The notes: generated by a model from the sequence alone, not told the origin. A stretch of 64,000 bases of DNA from the human T2T-CHM13v2.0 reference genome, Homo sapiens (GCF_009914755.1 NC_060925.1), one strand, 5' to 3'. Shown: positions 1 through 12,934, numbered from the stretch's first letter. Translations and numbers: made by a program.

Positions 1-645
1 GGGTTGGGGGAGGGGTGGCGTACGCACTCCCTTAGCTGCCCCAACTACTGGCTCAGTAGGTCCCATGCTGCCCCCATTCATTAGCTCTGAGCCCAGTTCA
101 GCCCTAAGGCTCTCCTATGAGTTGCAGTCCTTGTGGCCTAGACTACCTTTCAAGTTTATTTAATACCCCAGGGCACTTTAGCTTACAGTGGCAAGGGTTG
201 CCAAAACTCAAGTGCTAACCACTGGGATGGGTGAGTCCCCTCTGGCTAGGGCTGGTTTAAATACTACCTCTGTGGCAGGAGTCAGCTGATTTCAGCATTG
301 TTTTGCTTTCTGCTATGACAAGGCACCACTGAGTTCAGTGCAGCGTCTCACAATTGCTGCACTCTTCCTCTCCAAAGTACACAGATTCATTCTCCATGCC
401 ATGCAGCAGCTGCCAGGGAATACGGGGGGAAGAGTGGCATCAGTGATTCAAGACTGTCTCCTACCCTCTTCAGTGCCTCTTTCAGCAATATGAATTTAAA
501 ACTAGGTACTGTGGGTGCTTGCTTGATTTTCTGTTCTTATGAGAGTGCTTTTTTTCATGTAGATGGTTATTAAATTGGTATCCTTGTGGGGGTGGAGTGG
601 GACACAGTGGAGCGTTCTATTCGGCCAACCTGCTCTACTCCTTTT
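1..645 (-). mobile_element. 5' UTR end of an older LINE-1 (L1PB/L1M-type), continuing off the left edge
   Basis: TTCTATTCGGCCAACCTGCTC near 615-635 reverse-complements to the L1 5' terminus GAGCAAGATGGCCGAATAG (YY1 region); upstream sequence resembles L1 5'UTR. Confidence 0.7.
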
Positions 646-1999
646 CTTCCATAGTCAAAGTTTCAGGGACACACTGATTAGAGTCAAACTATCAAAATTC
701 ACAATATAAAAACATTTGATTCACAAGCTTTCAACACCATTGTGTTTAAAAACGTGTTCAAAAGTTAGTCCTGCTCTCAAATGTCCCATTTGGCAACAAT
801 TTTGTTAGGTCCAATAAAATTCCTATTCACTAGATTTTAAAGTATTTAAATATGGCTGCTTTGAATGTTTTGAAGCCACAGCTGGTGCCAATGTGTTGAT
901 AAAAATTATTCGGGAAAGCAAGTACAAGAATACGGATGACATTGATATACTTTCCAGGCAAGGTGTGTAGATCAAATGTCAAGCTATACTTGCCAGCTCT
1001 GATGAATAATTAGTGGAAACTTAGACATTTAGCACATGGCAGTATGTAGTTGAATAAAGAAAATTAAACACAATTTTAGAGTCTTACCATGTGCTGTCTT
1101 CCACTGGTTTCTATCACTGAGACTATGATATAAGTGGTTCTATGCTATTTTCTCCCCTTTACCTGCCACCAAACAAAATTAAATAATGTTACTCTCCTAT
1201 TTGTTTAGTATTATACATCTTGTAAAGTACTTTTACATGCATTGCTAATTTAGCCCTCACATACAAATAAAACGGAGTCTGTGAAACCGGCAAGGAAGGC
1301 ATTATTATTCATATTTTAAAAACTAAGAAAAGTGAAGTAACCTATGCAAAAATCAAGAAAAACAGTAAACCCATGAATTTTTTTGAAGTGCCCCAACTGT
1401 CAGTGCATCAACAAAAATTAACTCAAACACTCTGGAACTCATCAAACATTTAGAAACCTTTGGCTCACATCCTTAGGGGCCAGACCAGCTCCAGAGGGAC
1501 CAAGGAACAAGAATGGAGTTGGAGTGGGCTTCAGAAGCCCACTCTTGAAGCTCTATGAGTCTATTCAAGATGAATGAATTGCGGGATCGCTCTTAGGATC
1601 TGAAAGGAAAAGAGGATATCAATTCTAGGATGTTGTGTTAAGTTACAATAGTATATTCTAGTGGGTGGAATTGAGAGTATTTCTAATACCCAACAGCGTT
1701 AATAATACTGATACTTCAACTAAAAAAAAAAAAAATTTAAGCATCTGCCTTTGCTTATACATGGCTAGGTCTCAAATATTTCCAAACCATATGTGGATTT
1801 AACATGGATTTGATGATACTGTATAGCTGCTTTTTGATTTCTTGGTTGATTTTTTTGAGGTAGGGATTTTGGAAAGAGAACAGAAAAGGCCAAATGGAAA
1901 GGATTATTGCCAGAAAAATGTTTTAGTCCATGTTTCATTTCAAATTGTTGGATTTAAGAGTTCAATTTTGTTTGAGTTTATAATTTCCTGATGTTTTTG

Positions 2000-2556
2000 C
2001 TTAATTTACTTAAAGCAGATATATAACTGAATGTCTATAAGTTATTCTCATGATATCATCTATAAATTACTTAATTCATGATATATTTGTAGGTATATAT
2101 GTAAAACGTAGAACTGAGACTAAAAAATGTGGAGATTAGAGCGGCATAAGAGAATATTAATATTGTATGCCCTAACATGGTAGAAATTATAACAAAAACA
2201 TTGAAAGAGAAATGGGAAAGAAAGTGGGTAAAAAAGTATATTGATTTTCCCAGATGTGTACTATCTGGAGTAAAAAGATATCACTTAAAAGTGACACATA
2301 AGTAAATCTATATGAATATTTCACAATACAGTTGTAAATTCTAAAGCTAGTGACAGAGATGAGGTAGGGAAAGGAGGAAAAGTATGAAAGATCTCAATTT
2401 TTATATTTACTCATATAAGGGAACTAAAGATATGAATAACTAAGAATATTAAATAAAGCTGTAATTACAAAGGTGACAGAGAAAACAAAATTGCAAATCT
2501 TTTAAAATATCAGTAGAATCACATACAGAAAGCAAAGCAAAGCAAACAGAGAACAG
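2000..2556 (+). mobile_element. Degenerate ancient L1M fragment, left part of the element interrupted by ERV-L
   Basis: A-rich; its last ~130 bp recur at 5241-5375, where the L1M continues. Confidence 0.45.
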
Positions 2557-4680
2557 GCCTTATGCTATACTGCCTTCTTTCTCCCAGCCTGCACCTATGG
2601 CCTTGTGAGTTCTCTATGATCAGCTGACAGAGGAAGGGAATGCCACAACTTGGTTTGCAGATAGCTCTGCATGACAGGCAGGAACCACCTTAAAGTGGAC
2701 AGCTGCAGCACTACAGCCCCTTTCTGGGCAATTACCAATCAACAATGGTAAAGGGAAATGCTCCCAGTGGACAGAACTTTGGGCAGTGCACCTGGTCATG
2801 CACTGTGCTTAGAAAGAGAAATGGCCAGATGAACCATTATATACTGATTCCAGGCCTGTGACCAATGGTTTAGCTAGATGGCCAGGGACTTGGAAGGAGC
2901 ACTATTGGAAAACTGGTGACAAGGAAATTTGGAGAAGAGGTAAGTGGATAGACTTATTTCAATGGACAAAAAACCATGAAGGTATTTGCGTCTCACATTA
3001 ATGCTCACCTAAGGGTGACCTCAGCAGAGGAGGATTTTAATCAAGTGGATAGGATGACCCATTCTGTGGACACCAGTCAGCCTCTCTCCCACTAGCCACT
3101 CCTGTCATTGCCCAATTGGCTCATGAACACAGTGGCCATGTGGCAGGGATGGAGGTTGTGTTTGGGTTCAGCAATACAGACTTCCATTTACCAAGGCAGA
3201 CCTGGCTACAGCCACTGTCACATGCCAGTCTGCTAGCAGCAGAGACCAACACTGAGTCCAAAAATGACACCACTCCCCAGGGTGATCAGCCAGCTACCTG
3301 GCGGTAGGTTGATTACTACCTTGGAACTTCTTCCATCACAGAAGGGGCAGTCTATTTCTTACTAAAATAGACTTAACTCTGGATATGGATATGCCTTCCC
3401 TGCATGTAATGCTTCTGCCAAAACCATCCATGGACTTACAGAAGTCTTATACACTGTCCTGGTATGCCACACAGCTTTGCTTCCAATAAGGAAAACATTT
3501 CACAGCAAAGGAAGTGCAGCAATGGGCCTATGCTCATGGCATTCACTGGTCTTACCATGTCCCCCACCATCTGAACAGCTGGTTTGACAGAATAATGAAA
3601 TGGTCTTTTGAAGACGCAGTTACAGCACCAGCTAGGTGGTAGGATCTTGCAAGGTGGGGATAAGGTTCTCTAGAAGGCCGTATACACTCTGAATCAGTGT
3701 CCATTGTATGATGCTATTTCTCCCATAGCCAAGATCATCATCCAGGAGTCATTGGGGTGGAAATGGAAGTGGCACCCTCACTATTAGCCCTACTGACCCA
3801 CTAGCAAAAATGTTGCTTCTGGTTTCTGCAACCTCATGCCCTCAGTCTCAGAAGGAGAAAGGCTTTCACCAAGAGACATAATGATTCCATTGAACTGGAA
3901 GTTAAGTCTGCTGTCTGGTTACTTTGGGCTCTTCAAGCCTCTTAATCAACAGGCAAAGAAGTGAGTTAATGCTCTGACCAGGGTGATTTGTCCCAACTAC
4001 AAGGAGGACGTTGAACTGCTATGCCACAGTGGAAGTAAGGAAGAGTATGTCTGCAATACAGAAGAGCCCTTAGGGCATTTCAGGATTACCATGCAACGTG
4101 GTTAAGGTCAACAGAAAACTACAACAGCCCAATCCAGGCAACATTACACTACTAACATCTCAAAATCTTATAGAGTGAAGATTTGGATCACTTAACCAGG
4201 TAAAGAACCATTACCAGCTGAGGTGCTTGCTGAAAACAAAGGGAATACAAAAAGGGTAGTGGATAAAGGTAAATACTAGCTATGACCACATGGCCAGCTA
4301 CAGAAACAAGGACTGTAGTTGTCATTAGTGTTTTCTCCTTATTTTGTTATGAACGTGTGTGACACACACACAGACACACACCTCAAATACCTTTGTTTTC
4401 TTTCTTATCATGTAAAAAAATACTGATTTTATATCATAGTATTTTTAAGTATTGTTAATTTTACATCATAATATTTAAGTTACAGGGTATCAAGGAGAAG
4501 AATAAACATCACCCAAGAACTTTTCTTTCTTTTCTGAGGAAAGGGTAGGTGCTTTTTTGGTTATGTAAGGTATAGTTGTATCATGTTAGGGAGAATTATA
4601 GCCTTGTTATTGTCTTTATTTGGAGATTAAATATGGTTTAATGAGATGCATTTGGGGGCTGACTTGACAAGGGGGAGACT
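2557..4680 (+). mobile_element. ERV-L internal remnant: RNase H, integrase, dUTPase-like region and PPT; 5'-truncated and disrupted
   Basis: WAHEHSGH (integrase HH zinc motif, ~3117), PQGDQPATW-VDY (~3275-3320), IPLNWKL..GYFGL..PLNQQAKK (ERV-L dUTPase, ~3884-3960), PPT GACAAGGGGGAGAC before the LTR; many stops and frameshifts. Confidence 0.85.
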
Positions 4681-5243
4681 TGTGATGGTTAATTTTATGT
4701 GTCAATTTGATTGGGTCAGGAGTGCCCAGATATTTGGTTAAACATTGTTCTGGGTGTGTGATAGATATTTGGTTAAACATTGTTCTGGGTGTGTCTGTGA
4801 GGGTGTTTCTGGATGAGATGAACATCTGAATCAGTAGACTAAGCAAAGCAGACTGCCCTCCTAATGTGGGTGGGCCTCATCCAAGCCTGAATAGAACATA
4901 AAGAAAGAGAAAAGAGCATTTACACTCTCTGCCTGACTGTGTGTGAGCTGGAACATTGGTCTTTTCCTGCCTTCAGACTTGTACTCAGACTGAATCTTAT
5001 ACCATTAGCTCTCTTGGTTCTTAGGCCTTTGGACTCAGACTGGAACTAACACCATTGGCTTTCCTCAGTCTCCGGCCTTTGCACTTGGACTAGAATTCTA
5101 TCATTGGCTCTCCTATGTCTCCACCTTGCCAAATGAAGATCTTGGGACTTCTCAGACTTCATAATCATGTGAGTTAATTTCATATAATGAATCTATCTAT
5201 CTAACCTATTGGTTCTATTTATCTAGAGAATTCTTATTAATAA
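4681..5243 (+). mobile_element. MLT2-family 3' LTR of the ERV-L
   Basis: Starts TGTGATGGTTAATTTTATGTGTCAA directly after the PPT; has MLT2 internal repeats (GGCCTTTGGACTCAGACTGGAACT); ends at a degenerate CTAGAGAATTCTTATTAATAAA. Confidence 0.88.
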
Positions 5244-8200
5244 AGATTTATGAAGAACTAAGGATGTTAAATAAAGCTATAATTACAAAATAACAGTGAG
5301 AACAAAACCACAAACCTTTCTTAATATCAGTAGAATCACACACAGAAAGCAAAATAGAGAAAAACAGAAAAACAGAAAACAAAGCTTATAAAGATAAAAA
5401 ATCTATAAATTCAGAAAACATAATATTGAATAATAAAACTAAGATTAAATATATCTTTCATATCAATAAGAGTAAGTAGGCTTAAACCAATTACAAAGAG
5501 ATTTCAGATTAGTTTATTAAACCTATTCTACACTGTCTTCAAAGGATGCACTCTAGGATAAAGTATTTCAGAATGGCCAAAATGGGGGAATGACATTATC
5601 AGGCACATGGAAAAAAAAAGAGAGAGAGAAGGAGAGAATGTAAAGGTCACAGTCTAATATTACAGAATGTACAATTCATATTAACTGAGGTAAAGGAATG
5701 AACTTTATAATAATAAAGGTAATTCACAATAGTGATGTAACAGTAACGAAAATTTATGCTTCAAGCAATTAGAGAAGCTATAAGGAAAAACAGAAACTTA
5801 CTAATAGAAGGAAACTTTAATTCACCTTTCTCAGGCCATGACAGATAAAGAGGAAAAAAGTAAGTCAGTCAGTCTAGATGACACAATGAATTAGGCAGAT
5901 TTAATTATAAATATCATACACTGTATCCTGAAAAAAAGAGTACACATTCTGTTTAAGTGCCCATGATCACAGAAATTGATGATATATTAAGACTCAAAGA
6001 AAACTTAAATACATTACAAAAAGTAGAAGTGATATGGACAACATTCTGTGATCACTATGTAATACTAGAAATTAATAATTGAATTTAAAAATGAAAAACC
6101 AATAGCTCTTGGCTTTAACAATCTCACTTAAACAATTGTTGAACCAAAGAGAAAAATACAAAACTATAATTGCAAAGCATCTAACAAACAGTAATAAGAA
6201 AACTACAAATTGCTAAAACAATAGTGAGAGGAGAGGAAATAATACTTCCATTATAAACATGAAAGACTGAAAAAATGAATTTGACATTTAACTTTAGAGG
6301 TCAAAAAAGAAACAAAATAAAATAAAGGAGAATCAAGGTAAAAAATCAATAAAGATAAAAGCAGAATTTAAGAAGTTGGAGCACAAAAACTGAAAGCTGC
6401 TGCTTCGAAAAAAGTCAATAAACATAAATTACTAACTTAGTCAAGAAAAAAATATAAAAATGTGCTAGTAAAATGAGAAGGAATAAGAGAGGAAATTACC
6501 ATAAAAATGAAAAAAAATCTTAATAAATTGGATAATTTTATACTCAAGCTTAGAAAAGACATAAAATCTAAGTAGCATAATTTTCATTAACAGAAACCCA
6601 GAAATTCATCAAAGAGCTACTGTCACCTCTTGCCCATTTTCCCTGGCCAAACACCAGGTTGAAATTGTTTCTCTGAGCAATTTTACAAGATCTTCAAAAA
6701 TAATTCTAGATTAATTTTATAAAGCAAGCAGGACACTTATGGTAAAATCTGATGAAAACTATCTCCAATATCATATAGAATATTAAAGAAAACTCCTATA
6801 TAAATCTAGCAGTACATTAAAAGAAAAATGTACCATTTCCAATAGGATTTATTACAAGTCTGCAAAGGAGGTTCAATGTTAGAAAATCTATTAATCTATT
6901 GATATCTACCAATTAGTAGGCATAAGGAAGAGAATCATATGATCACCCTTACCTTCATATATGCTAAAAAGATCTTTGACAAAATTTAATAACCATTCTT
7001 GATGAAATTCTTAAGAAAGTATTTATTAATGGATACATCTTTGAATGCTGAAATATAGTTATTTCACCTCCCAAATCAGTAGTACATTTCAGGGAGAAAC
7101 ACTAGGGCATCCCCACTCAGGAACAAGGCAAGAATGGTCCTATCATCACTATTATTTAACACTGTACCAGAAGTGCTAGCCAATGTGATTATGCAAGATA
7201 AAGAAATTAGAGATGTGAGAATTAACAAAGCAATAAAACTATCACTATATGTAAATCATATAACATATCTAGAAAATTCAAGGAGGTCAAATAAAAACTA
7301 CTACAAACAAACAAAACATTTAGAAAATTAGCAAGGTACAAAATTCATATGCAAATTTTTTCATGTATACAATCAATATTCATTGAAAATATAATAGAAG
7401 AAGAAAAGACCCCATAGCGAGGTGATGAGCCTAAAAAGAAATGTTCAAGGCTGAGTATTCTACAGACGAAAACATTAAAACATTCTTTGAAAGATAAAAG
7501 GAAGTCATGAACAAACGGAAAGGCATTTTGGATAGGAAGAGTCAATATTATCAAGATGTCGAACTTCTCTAAGTTAATTTATAAATTTAATATGATTTCA
7601 ATAAAAGTAAAATCTGGGTTTTTTTAGAACCAGACTAGACCAGAAATGATTTTAAAGTGTAGATGAAAGTAAGCCAGGCATGGTGATATGCACATGTAAT
7701 CCCGGCTATTCCAAGGGAGAAGGATTGCTTGAGCCCAGGAGTTTGAGACCAGCCTGGGCAACAAAACAACAACCTGTCTCAAAAAACAGAAAAAGCTCAT
7801 ATGGAAATAGAAACAAAAAAATAGGAAATCTCTGCAAAAGAAAAGCACCAAAGGAAGATTTTTCTCTGTCAGATAAAGCCTCAGTGATTATTATTATAAT
7901 GACATATGAATAGGCAAACAGACTAACACAACAGAATGTACAGTCAGAAATAGACCTAAATCCATACGGAGTTTTAGTATATAATAAATGTGGTATCTCA
8001 AATCAGTGAGAAAAAGAGGTGCTATCAACGAGTCATCTGGGAACTACCAGGAAGCCAGATGGAGAAAAAATGTGGTTTGATGTATGCCTCACACCCTAAC
8101 CCACGGCAAATTTCAAATGGGCTAGGATTTTTCCTATAGATACAAACACATAAGAATGAAATGACATTTGGATATAATTCATTGAAGCACTGTTTATAAT

Positions 8201-8430
8201 GTAACATATTGGAAACGATCTACAAGCTCACCAATAAGGGACTGGTTAAATACATTAATAGTATATCTATAAAATGGAATACTATAATTTTGTTTAAAAA
8301 AGCTTTTTTATCAATATATTATATCAAAATATCTCCATGCTATAGTAAGTGAAAAAAGCTCGAGCAGGAGGTAAAATGTGTACAGTTTCCTATTATCTGT
8401 AATTTGAAATGAGAAGAAAGATAATTATTT
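5244..8430 (+). mobile_element. Highly degenerate ancient L1M (L1MC/ME-type) ORF2 and 3' region
   Basis: ORF 7134-7331 LSSLLFNTVPEVLANVIMQDKEI matches L1 [25 protein letters not shown]; remnants are colinear. Confidence 0.8.
7672..7790 (+). mobile_element. Free Alu monomer (FLAM-like) inserted in the L1M
   Basis: GCCAGGCATGGTG...TTGCTTGAGCCCAGGAGTTTGAGACCAGCCTGGGCAAC...GTCTC plus A tail; single arm. Confidence 0.85.
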
Positions 8431-8482
8431 TTATTAGCTTTCAGATAAATACAAATTCTTATCAAGGATATGATAACCTAGA

Positions 8483-8780
8483 TGTCACATTTGGCAGGTT
8501 TCCAAATTAATCCACCTGGGGGAGGTCTATGATTCATGGCTTACATCCTATCCTTGAGTAAAGAAACTTATCCTGAATCCCTGAAATCTTACAGTGGGTT
8601 CCTCAAACTGTTGATGTTCCATAACTAAGATGTAACTTAACTGATACTGAAAAGGACATTGATTGGTTTCTGAATGGTGAAGCTTTACTGATTGTCTTGC
8701 ACATTGAAGATTCTAGCCTGTATGTTACAAAAGACAATTCCTGTATGAGAAGCCACTCTCCCTAAACTTCCCCATAGAAG
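8483..8780 (+). mobile_element. ERV1 LTR fragment, MER34-like
   Basis: Starts TG; CTGAAAAGGACATTGATTGGTTTCTGAAT..TTTACTGATTGTCTTGCA resembles recalled MER34 consensus. Confidence 0.45.
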
Positions 8781-8871
8781 CCTTCTTCTTCCTCTTCCTC
8801 CTCTTCTTTTTCTTCCTCTTCCTCCTCCTCTGCCACCACCGCCTCCTCCTTCTCCTTCTTCTTATTCCTTC
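8781..8871. repeat. (TTC/TCC)n pyrimidine-rich simple repeat next to an Alu tail
   Basis: Directly visible. Confidence 0.9.
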
Positions 8872-9165
8872 TTTTTTTTTTTTTTTCAGACAGAGTCTCA
8901 CCTTGTGGCCCAGACTGGAATACAGTGGTGCAAACATGGCTCACTGCAGCCTTGACCTCCTGGGCTCAAGCGATCTTCCCACCTCAGCCCCCTAAGTAGC
9001 TGGGACTACAGGTGTGCACCACTATGCCCAGCTAATTTTTGTATTTTGGTAGAGATGGGGTTTCTTCATGTTACCCAGGCTGGTCTTAAACTCCTGAGTT
9101 AAGCCATCCTCCTGACTCAGCCTCCCAAAGTGCTGGGATTACAGGTGTGAGCCATGGTGCCCAGC
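8872..9165 (-). mobile_element. AluJ (Jb-like)
   Basis: Full dimer with poly-T; J-type GCAGCCTTGACCTCCTGGGCTCAAGCGATC. Confidence 0.93.
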
Positions 9166-9424
9166 TACATTTTCATACTTTGTGTTTAAGCCAGGTAAAT
9201 GAATACCTACTCAAACAATTTTGATACATGTTTTTAAGTGAAAAAAAAAAACTCCTAATCATAACTAAAGAGTGAAATAGGAAGGTTATGTAAACAATTT
9301 GCCAACTTGCAGAAATAAATTTCACTGGTAAATCTGTTCATAATTTTTGTATATACTTAAATATCACTTTAAGAGGAAAATGCATTTGTGATCTCTTCAG
9401 CCTAGGTCAAATTCTTCTGTCATA

Positions 9425-9485
9425 TACTTATGACACTTATATCCATTTACTTATGACACATATCCATTTATACATATATCCATTT
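9425..9485. repeat. Short tandem duplication (ACTTATGACAC-ATATCCATTT x2 plus a partial copy)
   Basis: Directly visible. Confidence 0.8.
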
Positions 9486-10035
9486 TGTACTTCCTTGGAG
9501 CACTCTTAATAATTAGTTAAATAATCAACTACCAAGAAATTAATCTTCCATCCTAGAATGAAAGCATCAAGAGGGCAGTGGCCAGGCCAGCCTTGCTGAC
9601 TTCTATATCTCATAGTGTCTACACAGAGGATGCTCTACATTGGAGGAGGAGTTGGTGTTTCAAAATCTAAATGTTTTATTTCTAGTAAGAGGGTAAAAAT
9701 AGCTATGGCCATCTCACTGCTACTTAGGTAGAGGGACTGAGGAGTACGCTTTCTGATCTTTCCACTGCTCTGCGGCTTCCTGCAGGTATTTTTGCTTTAA
9801 GAAAAGAGAGGGGAGTAAGAGCCCATTTGCCCGGGACAACTGAAGTCTCAAAAGCTGATGATGTCCTCTTGAATAAAGTTTTGGAATTTTTCCCATGTCC
9901 ATTTCTCTTTTCTTCTTTTACTAAGAGAACACCCCATGCCCATCAAGTTTTGGCTAGATTAATGGCTACTCCAGTTACAGGTTACATTTTCCACATTCTC
10001 TTGAGAAGGCTTTGAGTTTGGGTTTAGCTTCTAGG

Positions 10036-10342
10036 TTTTATTTTATTTTTTGAGACAGGGTCATGCTCTGTCACCCAGGCTGGAATGCAGTGGTGTGATC
10101 ATAGCTCATTGCAGCCTTGATCAGTGCTCAAGAGATCCTCCCACCTCAACTTCCCAAGTAGCTGGGACTACAGGCATGCATCACCACACCTGGCTAATTT
10201 ATTTCATTTTTTATTTTAATTCTTGTAGAGAACGTATCTCCCTGTGTTGCCCAGGCTGGTCTTAAACTCTTGGGCTCAAGTGATCCTCTTGCCTTGACCT
10301 CCCGAAGTGCTGGAATTACAGATGTCAGCCACCCGCCGGGCC
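10036..10342 (-). mobile_element. AluJ (Jo-like)
   Basis: Dimer with GTGATCATAGCTCATTGCAGCC and GGGCTCAAGTGATCCTC. Confidence 0.92.
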
Positions 10343-10399
10343 TAAGTTTTAGCAACGACTTCTGCTTTACGTTTTTCAAAATAAAGTTGTTTGCCCTTC

Positions 10400-10810
10400 A
10401 TATTTTCTTTTGTTCCGTTCTGTGGCCTGGAATGTGGAACCAGTGAAGTTAATGATCACTGGAGAAAACACTTTTGACCTAGAGAGAAAAGCCAAATGTA
10501 GAAGATGGCAGAGTTGCCCCAGCAACCTGGGTATCTAGATGACTTTATGGAGCATGGCCCAGGTATTCATCTTGAATTGTGATATGAGAAAGAAGCTTCT
10601 AACACATTTAAGCCCTTGTACTTGGAGCTGCTTTTCCCCCCTTACAGTGGTTTAACTTATTCCCTAATCATGGCAACAAATACTAGTGGGGTTCTTAGTG
10701 GCAGGATCTGTTTTGTAGAGAACAAAAATCCACTCTAGCTAGTTTAAGAAGAAAGGGATTTATTGCAGCCGTTAGGGAGCTTATAAAACTTTTTGGAAGG
10801 CCAAGGAAAC
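10400..10810. mobile_element. Old MaLR (MLT1-type) LTR fragments
   Basis: GGCCTGGAATGTGG...GATGGCAGAG...TTTAAGCCCTTGTA, and AACAAAAATCCACTCTAGCTAGTTTAAGAAGAAAGGGATTTATT. Confidence 0.5.
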
Positions 10811-12934
10811 AATTTTGGATTATACACTGTCAGAAGTAATATAGTCAGCAGAAACATCTGGCTCACTACAGATTTATTCCAGAAGAAATCCCACTGTTGC
10901 CACTACCCTCTACAGAGCACAGCATCACTATTATCTATCTCCCTGGGTTATATGCTGGCTTGTTGATCTGCGAAGAGTATGGGAGCTGCCCATAGTGCTC
11001 TGCTGACTCGTCTCTCTGGATCATGCCACGGTGGGCTTGGGCCATGCCAGCGGAGACCCTGACTGTAGTTCTCTTTGCTTTCTCGCATTCACATCTCCTG
11101 TAAAGATGCTTTGTTTCAGTCTGTTGGAGTGTTCATTTGCTCTCACTGAATGGATGATTTCTTCTTTAGGAGTTCCTAGAAATGTGATGTTTCAAAAATT
11201 TTTGTTACAGGTTTAGCATGATAAAATGCTTTAAATGATAGATGTAATTTTCAGTAACAGAAGAGTCATACTGTCAGAATTCTGAGCCTAATTCCAGAAT
11301 TGTCCTTGAAAGGACAAGATGTATTGTCAAGGAATGAGTTTAAGTAATAAAGTTGGCAAGTAGTCAACATAGATCAACTTTCCATTATTAACATTCTGAG
11401 CCATATGTGAAATGACTGGAAAACAGATCTTGGAGCCATAAGGCATTAAGACTTGTTCTTCCCTTCCTGTCAATTTAAACACAAAAAGCACTTTAGGAAA
11501 CCAAAGACACATGCACATTCATAAAGGGAAAAGGATTGGAGTGAACCTTTCTATTTTGCCTCTAATGCTGGAATATTCTTTCACATTCTTTCCAATATTT
11601 TACTTAGTTTGAATCCAACTACTTTCTGTAATATTCAAGACTTTCCTCAAAAGCATTTCATTCTGGGTCAACAAGGTATGCCATCTAAATCAGATTTTCA
11701 CATAACCAAGAACCATCTCTTTAGAGTTGAAAACCTTTTTCATCTTATTTTTGACATAAATCTTTTTGTAGTCCATACATTTTAACCTTACTTATTAAAC
11801 AAAAGATGCTCTCCGTGGTTATCTCAATGAATAGTCATTACTAGATAATGCTTTCAGAGTGAAATTCCAGCTACTTTCCAAAATTCTTTTCACTTCCTGC
11901 AGTAATGATAATCACTTTTCACTGGGACTCCCTCAAATATTTTTATGTCCCATTCTCTCTTCAAATGTATTGTTTATAACTTATCAAGCTTAATTGAAAT
12001 GTGCTAAGTAGAATCAAAAGGCTCTGCATGAGAGTTTAAAAGGTCACCTAGGAAATAAGGAATTTAGCCAGAGTGCTATAGCTTTGTCAAAGCCATTCCA
12101 TCATGCTTTAAAAAAAATTCTGGATGCATATCTCTACACCAGAGAATTGAGGAGTATAGAAATCTGGCCTTCAGAAGAGAGTAGTTTTACTATCCTTTTA
12201 GATACAAACTTTTTAAAAATAAAACAGTTTTATTCAGGTATAATTCACATATAACAAGTCACGTATATTTAAAGTATACAATTTGATTAGTTTTGACATA
12301 TATACACATTCACCAAACCATCATCACAATCAAGATAATGAACATGTCCATCACCCAAAAAAGTTTCCTCATTCCCCTCCATAATTTTAAAGTCCAGATG
12401 CCCAGGAAACTGCTGATCTAATTTATGCCACTCTAGATTAATTTGCATTTTCTAGAATTTTAAATGAATGGAATCACACAGTATGTATGCTTTTTTGACC
12501 TTTTAAATTTTACTCAGCATAATTCTGCTATAGCATATATCAACAATTCATTCTGCTTTATTGCTGAGAAGTATTCTATTACATAAGTGTAACCCAGCTG
12601 TTTATCTATTCATCTGTTTATAGACATTTGGGTTATTTTCAGCTTTTAGCTATTACAAGTAAAGCTGCGAAGAACTTTTATATACAAGTGTTTGTATGGT
12701 GTTAGGAACCAAAGAAACTTAGAAACTGTTTTCCAAAGTGGTTGTATCATTTTACATTCTCAGCAGCAGTGCCTGAGAATTCTAGTTCCTTTATATTGGT
12801 ATGGTCAATCTTTTAAATTTTAGTGATTCTGACAATGAGTGGTGCTATCCATTGTGGTTTTAATTTGCATGTCTTTAATGACTAATAGTATTAAATATAT
12901 TTTCATATGTTTGTTTTCTATTCATATTGTCTCC

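Noticed and set aside
4960-5130. Spaced repeats superficially like a CRISPR array
   Set aside because: Diverged internal tandem repeats native to MLT2 LTRs; eukaryotic context and no unique spacers
8725-8944. Poly-Glu and poly-Arg/Lys ORFs
   Set aside because: Translations of the Alu tail and TTC/TCC repeat, not genes
11300-11317. TTGTCCTT-GA-AAGGACAA inverted repeat
   Set aside because: 8-bp arms are expected several times by chance in 64 kb
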